A program made the position numbers and the translations under genes. DNA of 32,948 nt from positions 1 through 32,948 of the forward strand of contig DASQAX010000406.1 in NCBI GenBank assembly GCA_035635535.1, read 5' to 3'. A model generated the notes under the pieces. It searched no databases, was not told where the DNA came from, and saw nothing but the letters and a program-made list of their open reading frames with translations. Below, one piece after another: positions 18,939-27,623 of this stretch. This DNA comes from Vicinamibacterales bacterium (GTDB lineage: Bacteria; Acidobacteriota; Vicinamibacteria; Vicinamibacterales; UBA2999). Numbering within the stretch: the stretch's first letter is position 1; each line of letters starts with the position of its first letter.

Positions 18939-21045
18939 CTGATCGAATGGCTTTCAGCACATCCGCCGATCCCGGAAGGATCGCTTCCTCCAGCACCGGC
19001 GCGTACGCGACGGGGCAATCGAGCGAGGCGACGCGCGTCACCGGCGCGTCGAGCTCGTCGAACAGTTCCTGGCCGATCCGCGCGGCGAGGTGACCGCCGA
19101 AGCCGGCGGTCATCTGATCCTCGTGCGCGACGATCACCCGGTTCGTCTTCCGCGTGTAGGCGGCAATGGTGTCCCAGTCGAGCGGGACGATGGTGCGCAG
19201 GTCGACGATGGCGGCGCTGACGCCGTCCTTCTCGGCCTGCTGCGCGGCGACGATCGACCGCTGGACCAGCGCGCCCCACGTGAAGATCACGACGTCGGTC
19301 CCGTCGCGCACGACCGAGGCCTTGCCGAACGGCACCATGTAGTCCGGGCCCTGGTACTCGGCCTTGTTGTACGTCTGGCGGTAGAGATGCTTGTGCTCGA
19401 AGAACATCACGGGGTCGTCGCAGCGAATCGCCGTGCGCAGCAGTCCCGCCGCGTCGCGCGCGTTCGAGGGGAACGCGAGACGGATGCCGGGGCAATGCGC
19501 GAAGATCGCGACGCCGGACTGGCTGTGGTACGGCGCGCCGCCGCGCAGGTACCCGCCTATCGGGACGCGGATGACCATCGGGCAGCTCCAGCCGTTGTTC
19601 GACCGGTAGCGCATCATCGCCATCTCGTCGCGCAGCTGCATGTAGGCCGGCCAGATGTAGTCGAAGAACTGGATCTCGACGACCGGCTTGAGGCCGCGCA
19701 GCGCCATCCCGACCGCGCGGCCGATGATGTTCGCCTCGGCGAGCGGCGAGTTGAACACGCGGTCGCCGCCGTACAGCTTCTGCAGGCCGTGCGTCACCTT
19801 GAAGACGCCGCCCTTGCCCGGCACCGTTGCGAGCGCGCCCTCGCGGCTCGCGTCCGCGACGTCCTGGCCGAACACGACGATGCGCGGGTTGCGCGCCATC
19901 TCGTCGCGCAGCGTCGCGTTGATCGCGGCGACCATCGTGTCGGGCGCTCCGGACGGCGCCGGCGCGGTCTCGAATGCGGATGACGTGGGATCGACGGTGG
20001 GCGAGAAGACGTAGAGGGTTGCGGTGTCGGGTTCGGGCTTGGGAGCGGCGAGCGCCTGTTCGGCCGCCGCGTTGACCTCGCGCTCCACATCGCCGAGCAG
20101 CCTCGCGAGCTGCTCGCCCGATGCGAGCGCCTCCGATAGGATCAGGTCGCGTAACCTCACGATCGGATCCCGCCGCGCCTCGGCGTCGCGCTCCTCCTTC
20201 GTCTTGTACAGCTTCTCGTCGTCCGACAGCGAGTGCGAGTAGGGACGCACGACCCGGGCGTGCACGAGCGCCGGACCCTTGCGCGCGCGCACGTGCGCGA
20301 CGGCGTCGCGCATCGTGTCGTCGCTGGCGAGGTAGTCGGTGCCGTCGCAGCGGAAGACCTTCAGGCCGGGGAACGACTCGACGACGCGCGACAGGTCGCC
20401 GCCCGGCGTCTGGACTTCGACCGGCGTGGAGATCGCGTAGCCGTTGTCCTCGACGAGGTAGAGCACGGGGAGGCTGCGCACGCAGGCCGTGTTGAGCGAC
20501 TCCCAGAACTCGCCTTCGCTCGTCGAGCCCTCGCCAATCGTGATGAGCGTGACCTCGTCCTGCTGGAACTTCGACGCGCGATCGGGAATCGCGTCTATCC
20601 GCTCGTACAGCCGCCCGGCTTCCGCGATGCCGATGCCGTGGAGGCACTGCGTCGCCACGGCGCTGCTGGCGGACGGGATGTTGAGCCGCCTGTTCGCCCA
20701 GTGCGACGGCATCTGGCGCCCCCCGGAGGCGGGGTCGTCGGCGGCGCCCACGGAGCCGAGGAACATCTCGAGCGGCGTGACGCCGAGCGTCAACGCCAGC
20801 GCGCGGTCGCGATAATAGGTCAGGAACCAGTCGTGGCCCGGGCGGAGGTGGCGCCCCGCGGCGACGAGCACCGCTTCGTGGCCCGCGCCGCTGATCTGAA
20901 AGAAGGCCTGGCTCTGATTCTTGAGCTGTATTTCCTTGTCGTCGATCTTCCGCGACAGGAGCATGAGGCGATAGGCGGACAGTAGATCTCGCGCCGCCCC
21001 CTTCGAGCGCGTGTCCGCGCCATTGGTGAGGGTCGACCCCTTCAT
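18925..21045 (-). CDS. Fused alpha/beta E1 component of a 2-oxoacid (branched-chain-type) dehydrogenase
   Basis: Starts at the internal ATG 21045 (MKGSTLTNG...). The N-terminal half is E1-alpha ('[15 protein letters not shown]...[11 protein letters not shown]', ThDP motif '[16 protein letters not shown]'). The C-terminal half is E1-beta ('[20 protein letters not shown]...[22 protein letters not shown]', '[12 protein letters not shown]'). The first 146 aa of the 852-aa track ORF are an artefact on the antisense of cupin/DoxX. Confidence 0.9.
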   Translation of the reverse strand: MKGSTLTNGADTRSKGAARDLLSAYRLMLLSRKIDDKEIQLKNQSQAFFQISGAGHEAVLVAAGRHLRPGHDWFLTYYRDRALALTLGVTPLEMFLGSVGAADDPASGGRQMPSHWANRRLNIPSASSAVATQCLHGIGIAEAGRLYERIDAIPDRASKFQQDEVTLITIGEGSTSEGEFWESLNTACVRSLPVLYLVEDNGYAISTPVEVQTPGGDLSRVVESFPGLKVFRCDGTDYLASDDTMRDAVAHVRARKGPALVHARVVRPYSHSLSDDEKLYKTKEERDAEARRDPIVRLRDLILSEALASGEQLARLLGDVEREVNAAAEQALAAPKPEPDTATLYVFSPTVDPTSSAFETAPAPSGAPDTMVAAINATLRDEMARNPRIVVFGQDVADASREGALATVPGKGGVFKVTHGLQKLYGGDRVFNSPLAEANIIGRAVGMALRGLKPVVEIQFFDYIWPAYMQLRDEMAMMRYRSNNGWSCPMVIRVPIGGYLRGGAPYHSQSGVAIFAHCPGIRLAFPSNARDAAGLLRTAIRCDDPVMFFEHKHLYRQTYNKAEYQGPDYMVPFGKASVVRDGTDVVIFTWGALVQRSIVAAQQAEKDGVSAAIVDLRTIVPLDWDTIAAYTRKTNRVIVAHEDQMTAGFGGHLAARIGQELFDELDAPVTRVASLDCPVAYAPVLEEAILPGSADVLKAIRSVAAY

Positions 21046-21057
21046 GGCCGAAAAATT

Positions 21058-21438
21058 ATGGCACACTCGTGGGGCCCTCGTATGGCGCCCAGAATGAGCC
21101 TGCACCGGTGGGACGAGATTGCGCTCGAAAAGGTCACGGAGATGATCTCGCGCAAGATCGTCGCGGGCGAGCGCGAGATGCTGGCGCAGATTTATCTGAA
21201 GCGCGGCGCGCTCGTCCCGATCCACGAGCACGAGAGCGAGCAGATGACCTACATCCTGCAGGGCTCGCTGCGGTTTCTCATCGACGGCGAGGAAGTGATC
21301 GTGCGCGAGGGCGAGGTGCTCCACATTCCCTCGCGCCTCCCGCACCAGGCCGAGGCGCTCGAGGACACGCTCGAGCTCGACGTGTTCAGCCCGGTGCGCG
21401 CCGAGTGGATGTACGCGACCGACGAGGGGAATATCTGA
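21058..21438 (+). CDS. Cupin-domain protein
   Basis: Cupin motif 1 '[16 protein letters not shown]' and motif 2 '[14 protein letters not shown]'. The start is uncertain (ATG 21058, 21082 or 21094). Confidence 0.8.
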   Translation: MAHSWGPRMAPRMSLHRWDEIALEKVTEMISRKIVAGEREMLAQIYLKRGALVPIHEHESEQMTYILQGSLRFLIDGEEVIVREGEVLHIPSRLPHQAEALEDTLELDVFSPVRAEWMYATDEGNI

Positions 21439-21908
21439 TGGCGACGATGCAGGTCCGGGCGCGCGGCGCCGCGATGGCTTCACCCGGCGCGCTCGGCCTG
21501 CGCATCATGGCGGCGATGATCGGCGTGTTCTTTCTCGGGATGTGCTCGTCGAAGATCGCGTGGCTGACCGACAGCAACATCCTGCTGCAGAAGTTCCAGA
21601 TGATCTTCCTGCCGAAGGCGCCGCCGATCGTGCGCTGGTATCTCGAGACGGTCTGCATTCCCGGCACGCCGCTGTTCGCCCGCCTGGTGCCGCTCGGCGA
21701 GCTCACCGCCGGCCTCGCGCTCATCCTGGGCTTCTGGACGCGGATGACCGCGATCGCCGCGTTCCTGATGGTGCTGAACTTCCACTTCGCGACGAGCGCG
21801 TTCTGGTCGATCGATTTTCTGCGGGATGGCACCGGGCTGCCGCTGCTCGGCGGCCTGCTGGCGCTCGCGATCAGCGGCGCGCGCCTGCCGTTCAGCGTCT
21901 CGAAGTAG
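21438..21908 (+). CDS. DoxX-like integral membrane protein
   Basis: 156 aa and 4 hydrophobic segments. '[36 protein letters not shown]' resembles the DoxX core. The ATG overlaps the cupin stop (TGATG). GGGGA lies upstream. Confidence 0.6.
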   Translation: MATMQVRARGAAMASPGALGLRIMAAMIGVFFLGMCSSKIAWLTDSNILLQKFQMIFLPKAPPIVRWYLETVCIPGTPLFARLVPLGELTAGLALILGFWTRMTAIAAFLMVLNFHFATSAFWSIDFLRDGTGLPLLGGLLALAISGARLPFSVSK

Positions 21909-21926
21909 GTGAGGCGTAGTGCTCTG

Positions 21927-22676
21927 CTAGTGGACCCGGCGGTCCACATCATCGGCGCGCCCGCCCGAGTACACATCGAACTTGCGCCGCATCCGGTTGA
22001 TGCGCCACTTCAGGTAGCGGTACTTGACTTCGGACAGCAGGTGGATGCGGCCGCCCTTGAGATACACGTAACCCGCGAGCGCCCCGCCGATATGCGTCCA
22101 GTGCGCGACGTTGCCGCCGGAAAACAGCGACATCGCGCCGAAGATCAGCAGCAGGTATTTCGCCTTAACCGGGAAGATCCCATAGACGAAGATCTCGCGG
22201 TGGGGGAAATACAAGCCGTACGCGAGCAGGACGGCCACGACCGCGCCCGATGCGCCGACCGTCTGCGTGAAATACAACTGATGGAGGCCGAACAGCGGGA
22301 CGAACGACACCACAATCGTCGTGACGGCAGCGGCGACGCCCGTGATGAAGTAGTACCTGAGGAAATAACGTGTTCCCCACGTGCGTTCGAGCTCGACCCC
22401 GAACATCCAGAGGAAGAGCATGTTGAACAGGAGGTGGAACGGCCCGGCATGGAGGAACATGTACGTGACGAGCCGCCACACCTGCCCGTGCACGACATCC
22501 TGAGGAGTAAGCCAGAACGGAACCTGCAGCGCGGGCGCGAAGTACGTCACCACGAAGACCGCAGCGTTCGCGATGATGATCGCTTTGATCGCCGGCGTCC
22601 ACGGTCCGGGACCGAATGAATATGCGAGCGTCGATGACGAAGGATACCGGGATCGCATTGATCCAGTCTGTTCCAA
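21927..22676 (-). CDS. Rhomboid-family intramembrane serine protease
   Basis: 'WRLVTYMFLHAGPFHLLFNMLFLWMFG' (HxxxN), catalytic 'GASGAV', and a later 'AHWTHIGGALAG'. TTG start at 22676 with GGAG 5 nt upstream. ATG 22658 is an alternative. Confidence 0.88.
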   Translation of the reverse strand: MEQTGSMRSRYPSSSTLAYSFGPGPWTPAIKAIIIANAAVFVVTYFAPALQVPFWLTPQDVVHGQVWRLVTYMFLHAGPFHLLFNMLFLWMFGVELERTWGTRYFLRYYFITGVAAAVTTIVVSFVPLFGLHQLYFTQTVGASGAVVAVLLAYGLYFPHREIFVYGIFPVKAKYLLLIFGAMSLFSGGNVAHWTHIGGALAGYVYLKGGRIHLLSEVKYRYLKWRINRMRRKFDVYSGGRADDVDRRVH

Positions 22677-22697
22677 CTACGCTCCGGCGAGCAACAT

Positions 22698-24347
22698 CTA
22701 TGCCCTGGAACCGCCGCGCTTCAGCGCAAGCGTGACAGCCTCGCGGAATTCGCGAATCCGGAGCACATGCGCGGCAATTCCAAGCACCAGGAGGGCGGCA
22801 ACAATCGAAAGGAACAGCCGGATCGCCTGCCGCGCGAAGGTGTCGCCCGGCATCCACGTGCCAAGCGCGCCGTTGACGACCAGCGCCGCCATTCCCATCA
22901 CGAGTGAAGCAATTACGATCCTGGCGAGCGAACCGGCAACCCGCCGGTCTTCCAGCCCATCGAGACGGCCGTGCAACAGCCACAGCAGGCCGCCAGCGTT
23001 GAATAACGCCGCGATCGACGTCCCGAGCGCCAGGCCGCCGTACCCGAGCACACGCGCGAGCACGACGTTCAACACGGCGTTGACCCCGACCGACGCGATG
23101 CTGATTTGCACGGGTGTTCGGCTGTCGCCGAGCGCGTAAAACGTGGGCGACGCGATTCTCACGATGGAATACCCGAGCAGCCCCACCGCGTAGTACTGCA
23201 GCGCCGCCGCGGTCGCCGCGGTGTCTGACGGCAAAAATGCCCGGCGCTCGAAGATCACGCGCACGATCGGATGCGACAGCGCGATCAGGCCGATCGTCGC
23301 GGGCACGTTCAGCACGAACATCAGCGAGAGGCCTTCGGCGAGCGTCGCGCGCACCCCCGCGCGATCGTCGCGCGCCGCGCAGCGCGACACGGCCGGGATC
23401 ACGGCGGTCGCGATCGACACGCCGAACAATCCCGTCGGCAGATACATCAGGCGGAACGCGTAGTTGAGCCACGAGACCGCGCCGGTCCCCTCGCGGGTGG
23501 CGAGGACCGTGTTGACGAAGACGTTGACCTGCGTGGCCGCGAGGCCAATCGTGCCGGGCCCCATCAGCATCAGCATCCGCCGAAGTCCTTCCTGCTTCCA
23601 GTTCAGGACCGCCGCGTACGAAAAGCCTTCCCGGCGCAGCAGCGGCCACTGCAGCGCGATCTGGGCCACGCCTCCGAGCAGCGCGCCAACTGCGATGGCC
23701 GCACTGGGAGGCAGGCCGAGGCGCGGCATCACGGGAACCAGCAGGAGCGCGCAGAGGATCGTCGCGATGTTGAACATCGCCGGCGCGAGCGCCGGCACGA
23801 AGAAGCGGTGAAGCGAGTTCAGCATGCCCATCGACACGGCCGCCACCGCGACGAGCGTGAGGAACGGCAGCATGATGCGCGTCAGCAGCACGGTGAGCTC
23901 GAGCTTGCCGGGCACGTCCGCGTAGTCGGCGGCGAACGCGCCCACGAGCGGGCGGGCGAACAGGATGCCGAGCACGACGAGGACGCCGGTCACCACGAGC
24001 AGCGCGTTGATGACGTTGCTGGCGAGCCGCCACGCCGCCTCGCGGTCGCCCAGGGCGAGCTGCCGCATGAACACCGGCACGAACGCCGCGCTCATCGCGC
24101 CTTCCGCGAAGAGATCGCGCACGAGGTTGGGAATCCTGAACGCGACGTTGAAGGCGTCCATCGCGTCGCCGGCGCCGAACAGCGACGCCAGCAGCTGATC
24201 GCGCGCCAGGCCGAGGACGCGGCTCGTCATCGTGGCCGCTCCGGCCGACGCGGCGGCGCGCGCGAGGCGGTTCTGCTGGGAAGGAGAGCTGAGGTCAGGC
24301 TCCAAGCTTGCGGCGGACCGCGTCGTTGACGGCGCGGCCGTCCGCAT
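22698..24347 (-). CDS. murJ: Lipid II flippase MurJ (MviN family)
   Basis: N-terminus 'AGAATMTSRVLGLARDQLLASLFGAGDAMDAFNVAFRIPNLVRDLFAEGAMSAAFVPVF' is the MurJ signature. About 14 TM segments. ATG 24347 overlaps yqeY by 53 nt. TTG 24305 (11-nt overlap) is an alternative start. Confidence 0.9.
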   Translation of the reverse strand: MRTAAPSTTRSAASLEPDLSSPSQQNRLARAAASAGAATMTSRVLGLARDQLLASLFGAGDAMDAFNVAFRIPNLVRDLFAEGAMSAAFVPVFMRQLALGDREAAWRLASNVINALLVVTGVLVVLGILFARPLVGAFAADYADVPGKLELTVLLTRIMLPFLTLVAVAAVSMGMLNSLHRFFVPALAPAMFNIATILCALLLVPVMPRLGLPPSAAIAVGALLGGVAQIALQWPLLRREGFSYAAVLNWKQEGLRRMLMLMGPGTIGLAATQVNVFVNTVLATREGTGAVSWLNYAFRLMYLPTGLFGVSIATAVIPAVSRCAARDDRAGVRATLAEGLSLMFVLNVPATIGLIALSHPIVRVIFERRAFLPSDTAATAAALQYYAVGLLGYSIVRIASPTFYALGDSRTPVQISIASVGVNAVLNVVLARVLGYGGLALGTSIAALFNAGGLLWLLHGRLDGLEDRRVAGSLARIVIASLVMGMAALVVNGALGTWMPGDTFARQAIRLFLSIVAALLVLGIAAHVLRIREFREAVTLALKRGGSRA

Positions 24348-24744
24348 TCTTGCCCGCCAGGCGCGGCATCACCGCCTTCATCACCTTGCCCATGTCCTTC
24401 ACCGACGTCGCGCCGGTCTCGACGATGGCGTCGGCGATCGCGGCATCGATGTCGGCGGACGAAGCGGCGGGCGGCAGGTAGGTCTCGAGGGTGACGATCT
24501 CCGCGGTCTCCTTGTCCACGAGATCGGTGCGGCCGGCCTTCGAGAACTGCTCGATCGAATCGCGGCGCTGCTTGACGAGCGACGAGACGACCTGCAGCAC
24601 CTCGGCGTCATCGAGGTCGTGCGACTTCTCGATGCCCTTGTTCATGATCGCGGCCTTGAGCATCCGCAGCGCCGAGAGGCGCGTGGTCTCCCTGCTCTTC
24701 ATGGCCGCGGCAATGTCGGCGTTTACTTTGTCGCGCAATAACAT
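24295..24744 (-). CDS. GatB/YqeY domain-containing protein
   Basis: 149 aa. 'DIAAAMKSRETTRLSALRMLKAAI' and 'SIEQFSKAGRTDLVDKETAEIVTLETYLP' are typical of the YqeY family. Confidence 0.9.
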   Translation of the reverse strand: MLLRDKVNADIAAAMKSRETTRLSALRMLKAAIMNKGIEKSHDLDDAEVLQVVSSLVKQRRDSIEQFSKAGRTDLVDKETAEIVTLETYLPPAASSADIDAAIADAIVETGATSVKDMGKVMKAVMPRLAGKNADGRAVNDAVRRKLGA

Positions 24745-24750
24745 ATGTTC

Positions 24751-24817
24751 CAGGCGGGTCCGAAAGGACCCGCCCTACCCATTCACGAAGAGTAGGCCGG
24801 GTCCTTTCGGACCCGGC
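24751..24817. repeat. Pair of REP-like hairpins in inverted (head-to-head) orientation, BIME-like
   Basis: Left copy, minus orientation: GTAGG-GCGGGTCC-tttc-GGACCCGC-CTGG, plus coordinates 24751-24778, stem 24753-24761/24766-24774. Right copy, plus orientation: GTAGG-CCGGGTCC-tttc-GGACCCGG-C, 24792-24817, stem 24796-24804/24809-24817. They are separated by ccattCACGAAGA and fill the 74-nt GNAT-yqeY gap. Confidence 0.85.
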
Positions 24818-24818
24818 A

Positions 24819-25862
24819 TCAATGATCCTGGTCAGAGTCGCCGTACGTGACGTGCCACTTCGCGGTCTCGTCGTAGAACCCCTTCGGCACCTGCACCGCG
24901 TTCACCTTCGCGCTCACCTCGAGCGTCGACTTCACCGCGAAGTACCCGTTGCGGCGCAACGCGCGCCGGAACGCGCCGTTCATCGCGTAAGCGCGCACCT
25001 TGTCCGCGTCTTCGCCGCGCGCCGCGCGGTCCACCCACCGCAGCAGCGTCTTCATCCCGGAGATGTCGTCGGGATCCGCGAGAAAGTCGACGAGCAGCGT
25101 GACCCGCCCGAGCGGCTCGTGCAGGTGGCGATAGACGGCGTAGCCGTGAACCTCGCCGAGCCGCTTCAGCGCGACGACGAAATACCGGACGTGCGGCGGT
25201 TCGATGTAGCGCCAGTTCAGGTACGGGGCGTCGCGGCGCACGGCGAGATCGAATTTCGGGGCGAGCCGCTCCCACAGCGCGGTGAACGAGGAATCGAACC
25301 GGCGGATCGGCTCGCATTCCGCGCGCAGCGGCCGCGATCGCGAGACGACGTGCACGATCGGCCACGAGACGACCGACAGCAGCCTGTTGATCGGGAGCGG
25401 AAACTGCGGCATCCGGACCGCGCGCCGCGTCAGCGGCTTCACGAGACACGGAACGATGTGCGCGTCGGGCCAGTGCAGGCGATCGAGCAGCTTGCGGCCG
25501 TCTGCGCTCCCGCCGAGCGCGAGCACCGCGCCGCTGTTGCGGTCCCACGTGCGGACGAGCGCTTCGCCGATGCCCTGGCGCCGCCGCTCGGGCGCCACCA
25601 TCGCGTCGCTGCCCCACGCGCCTTCGACCTCGATCCCCTTGATCGACACGCGCACCGGCAGCGTCGTGTAGTGCCCGACGACCGTCGGCCCTTCACGCGC
25701 GACCCAGATCTCGGGCTGGCCCGTCTGGTTGTACGGATTGCGCCGGTGCTGCCAGTCCCAGCGAAGACGCAGCGCGTTGGCCGCGTCGGCGCCGTGCGTA
25801 CGGCGGTACAGGGTATCGACGCCGCGACGATCGTCCGGCCGGAAGCGATCGATTTCCGACAC
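24819..25862 (-). CDS. GNAT-family acetyltransferase, large (about 347 aa) form
   Basis: The GTG start at 25862 lies 5 nt after the upstream TAA. Acetyl-CoA site 'MVAPERRRQGIGEAL'. C-terminal 'RRDAPYLNWRYIEPP' region. The N-terminal 243 aa of the 590-aa track ORF are an artefact overlapping the STN gene. Confidence 0.75.
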   Translation of the reverse strand: MSEIDRFRPDDRRGVDTLYRRTHGADAANALRLRWDWQHRRNPYNQTGQPEIWVAREGPTVVGHYTTLPVRVSIKGIEVEGAWGSDAMVAPERRRQGIGEALVRTWDRNSGAVLALGGSADGRKLLDRLHWPDAHIVPCLVKPLTRRAVRMPQFPLPINRLLSVVSWPIVHVVSRSRPLRAECEPIRRFDSSFTALWERLAPKFDLAVRRDAPYLNWRYIEPPHVRYFVVALKRLGEVHGYAVYRHLHEPLGRVTLLVDFLADPDDISGMKTLLRWVDRAARGEDADKVRAYAMNGAFRRALRRNGYFAVKSTLEVSAKVNAVQVPKGFYDETAKWHVTYGDSDQDH

Positions 25863-25867
25863 GAGGG

Positions 25868-26632
25868 TTAGTTCTCTGGTGGCGTACGGGACGCGCCCGG
25901 CGGCGCCTGCGGCACCGGAGTGATCACGCCGGGTCTCGTCGAGGAGCCGGCGGGAAGACCGAACGGATTCCCCGGCGTCGGGACCATGCCGGGCGGAGGC
26001 TGCGTCGGCATTTGCGGTGGATCGTCGTTCGGGTTGATCGTGATCGGCGGCATGAACACCGGCGCGGCGACGGGCATGGCACCCGGCATGCCGGGACGCG
26101 GTACGCCAATCGGACCGATGACAGGACGGCCAAGCGGAACGCCGTCCGGGTTCTGATTGATGATGTCGGCTTCGTTCTCGGCCGGGTCTTCGACCTGTCT
26201 CGGGATGACGGGCCGGACGATGCCCCCGGGCGCGCCCGGCAACATCGGCGCCGCCGCGACGGGTGCCGGATTGCGCGGCGCGGCGCTCGTCGGAAGAATC
26301 ATGATGCGGTCGTACATCGACGCACCGGCCCGGCCGGCTTCGCGCGCCGCCAGCATGTAGCCGCTCACCCCGCGCAGGATGATGTCGAGCGCCTGGCGCT
26401 CGGGCACGCGTTCGAGTTCGAGCGTCAGGGGCGCCCCGGTCACGCGATCGCCGCCGATGATCTGCGCGCCGCCGAGCCGCGACCATTCCGCGAGGATGGT
26501 CCGCACCGGCACGTTGTCCGCGTGCAGCGTGACGAGGCCGTCGCTGATCTGCAGCCGCAGCGGCGCCTGCGCGTGCGCAAGCGCAGCCCATCCAAGGACG
26601 AGAACGGCGAGCCCGGCGTTACGGAACTTCAT
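25868..26632 (-). CDS. Secreted STN-like domain protein with long proline-rich C-terminal tail
   Basis: Starts at ATG 26632 (MKFRNAGLAVLVLGWAALAHAQ signal peptide), overlapping the upstream stop by 14 nt. 'VTLHADNVPVRTILAEWSRLGGAQII....VTGAPLTLELERVPERQALDIILRG' resembles the secretin/TonB N-terminal (STN) short domain. The last ~150 aa are P/G/M-rich low complexity. Confidence 0.6.
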   Translation of the reverse strand: MKFRNAGLAVLVLGWAALAHAQAPLRLQISDGLVTLHADNVPVRTILAEWSRLGGAQIIGGDRVTGAPLTLELERVPERQALDIILRGVSGYMLAAREAGRAGASMYDRIMILPTSAAPRNPAPVAAAPMLPGAPGGIVRPVIPRQVEDPAENEADIINQNPDGVPLGRPVIGPIGVPRPGMPGAMPVAAPVFMPPITINPNDDPPQMPTQPPPGMVPTPGNPFGLPAGSSTRPGVITPVPQAPPGASRTPPEN

Positions 26633-27623
26633 GGGAACCCTTATTGTACGGCGTCGGCGGCTCATTCGCCCGCATGTGCTCGATGACCGTCCGGATGATG
26701 TCGTCGAGCTGCATCTTCGGCTCATAGCCCATAAATGCACGGATTTTCGAGATGTCGGGCACCCGCCGGGGCATGTCCTCGAACCCGGCCTCGTAGGCCT
26801 GGTCGTACGGAATGTAGTGAATCGGCGAGCAGCTGCCGGTCATCGTCTTCACCCGGGCGGCCAGGTCGGCGATGGTCACCTCACCCGTATTTCCGATATT
26901 GAAGACCTCCCCGATCGCGCGCTTGTCACCCGCGAGCCTGACGAGCGCGTCGACGACGTCGCCGACAAACGTGAAGCTGCGCGACTGGGTGCCGTCGCCA
27001 AAGACGGTAATCGGGTGGCCGGCGAGCGCCTGGCGGACGAAGGTCGGCAGCACCATGCCGTACTGGCCGGTCTGCCGGGGGCCGACCGTGTTGAACAGCC
27101 GGACGATGACGACCGGCAGCTTCTTCTCCTTCCAGTAGGCGAGTGCGAGGAACTCGTCGATCAACTTGCTGCACGCGTACGCCCACCGGTGCTTCGCCGA
27201 CGGCCCGAGCACGAGGTCCGCGGTCTCGCGGAACGGCACGTCCGTGCTCTTGCCGTACACCTCCGAGGTCGACGCGATGAACACCAGCTTCTTCTTCTTG
27301 TTGGCGTGCTTGAGGACGACCTCCGTGCCGTGCACGTTGGTTTCGATGGTGTAGACGGGCTGCTCGACGATCAGCTTGACGCCAACCGCCGCGGCCAGGT
27401 GGAACACGACGTCGCTGCGGTCGATCAGCTCGGCGAGCAGCGACTCGTTGGTGATCGAGTCGATCGCGTACGAGAAGCGTTCGCGTCCCTTGAGGTGCCT
27501 GATGTTCTCGATGGACCCGGTCGAGAGGTTGTCGAGGGCGATGACCCCGTGGCCCTGCTCCAGCAGGCGTTCCGCGAGGTGCGAGCCGATGAAGCCCGCG
27601 CCGCCGGTGATGAGCGCGTTCAC
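26619..27623 (-). CDS. NAD-dependent sugar-nucleotide epimerase/dehydratase (extended SDR; UDP-glucuronate decarboxylase / ArnA C-terminal-like)
   Basis: The GTG start at 27623 overlaps the upstream stop (GTGA). 'ALITGGAGFIGSHL', 'ASTSEVYG', catalytic 'YACSK' and 'RLFNTVGPRQ'. By-eye similarity to the E. coli ArnA decarboxylase domain in these blocks. Confidence 0.85.
   Translation of the reverse strand: MNALITGGAGFIGSHLAERLLEQGHGVIALDNLSTGSIENIRHLKGRERFSYAIDSITNESLLAELIDRSDVVFHLAAAVGVKLIVEQPVYTIETNVHGTEVVLKHANKKKKLVFIASTSEVYGKSTDVPFRETADLVLGPSAKHRWAYACSKLIDEFLALAYWKEKKLPVVIVRLFNTVGPRQTGQYGMVLPTFVRQALAGHPITVFGDGTQSRSFTFVGDVVDALVRLAGDKRAIGEVFNIGNTGEVTIADLAARVKTMTGSCSPIHYIPYDQAYEAGFEDMPRRVPDISKIRAFMGYEPKMQLDDIIRTVIEHMRANEPPTPYNKGSHEVP

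Noticed and set aside
18719-20647. Very long ORFs on the opposite strand or in alternative frames of real genes. Examples: 18719-20647 (642 aa), 22165-24033 (622 aa), 15244-17355 (703 aa), 3040-4143 (367 aa), 7545-8684 (379 aa), 6908-8401 (497 aa) and 14569-15384.
   Set aside because: Their translations are R/A/G/P-rich low-complexity strings with no recognisable motifs. Each lies fully over a gene with clear family signatures on the other frame. Stop-poor alternative frames are expected in DNA this GC-rich.
18925-21483. N-terminal extensions of track ORFs: 18925-21483, 4421-5782, 10277-12193, 24819-26591, 27620-29422, 26619-27749, 25868-26740 and 5293-6081.
   Set aside because: The family-homologous sequence begins at an internal ATG or GTG that sits exactly at, or overlaps, the stop of the upstream gene. 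The extra N-terminal parts are Arg-rich and overlap neighbouring real genes.
21927-21950. 7-bp hairpin GTGGACC-cggc-GGTCCAC (21930-21947) at the extreme 3' end of the rhomboid CDS, in the 18-nt convergent gap region with DoxX.
   Set aside because: There is no U-tract on either strand, the stem is short, and it does not share the GTAG head of the REP family. It may act as a bidirectional transcript-end hairpin, but the sequence alone does not support a call.
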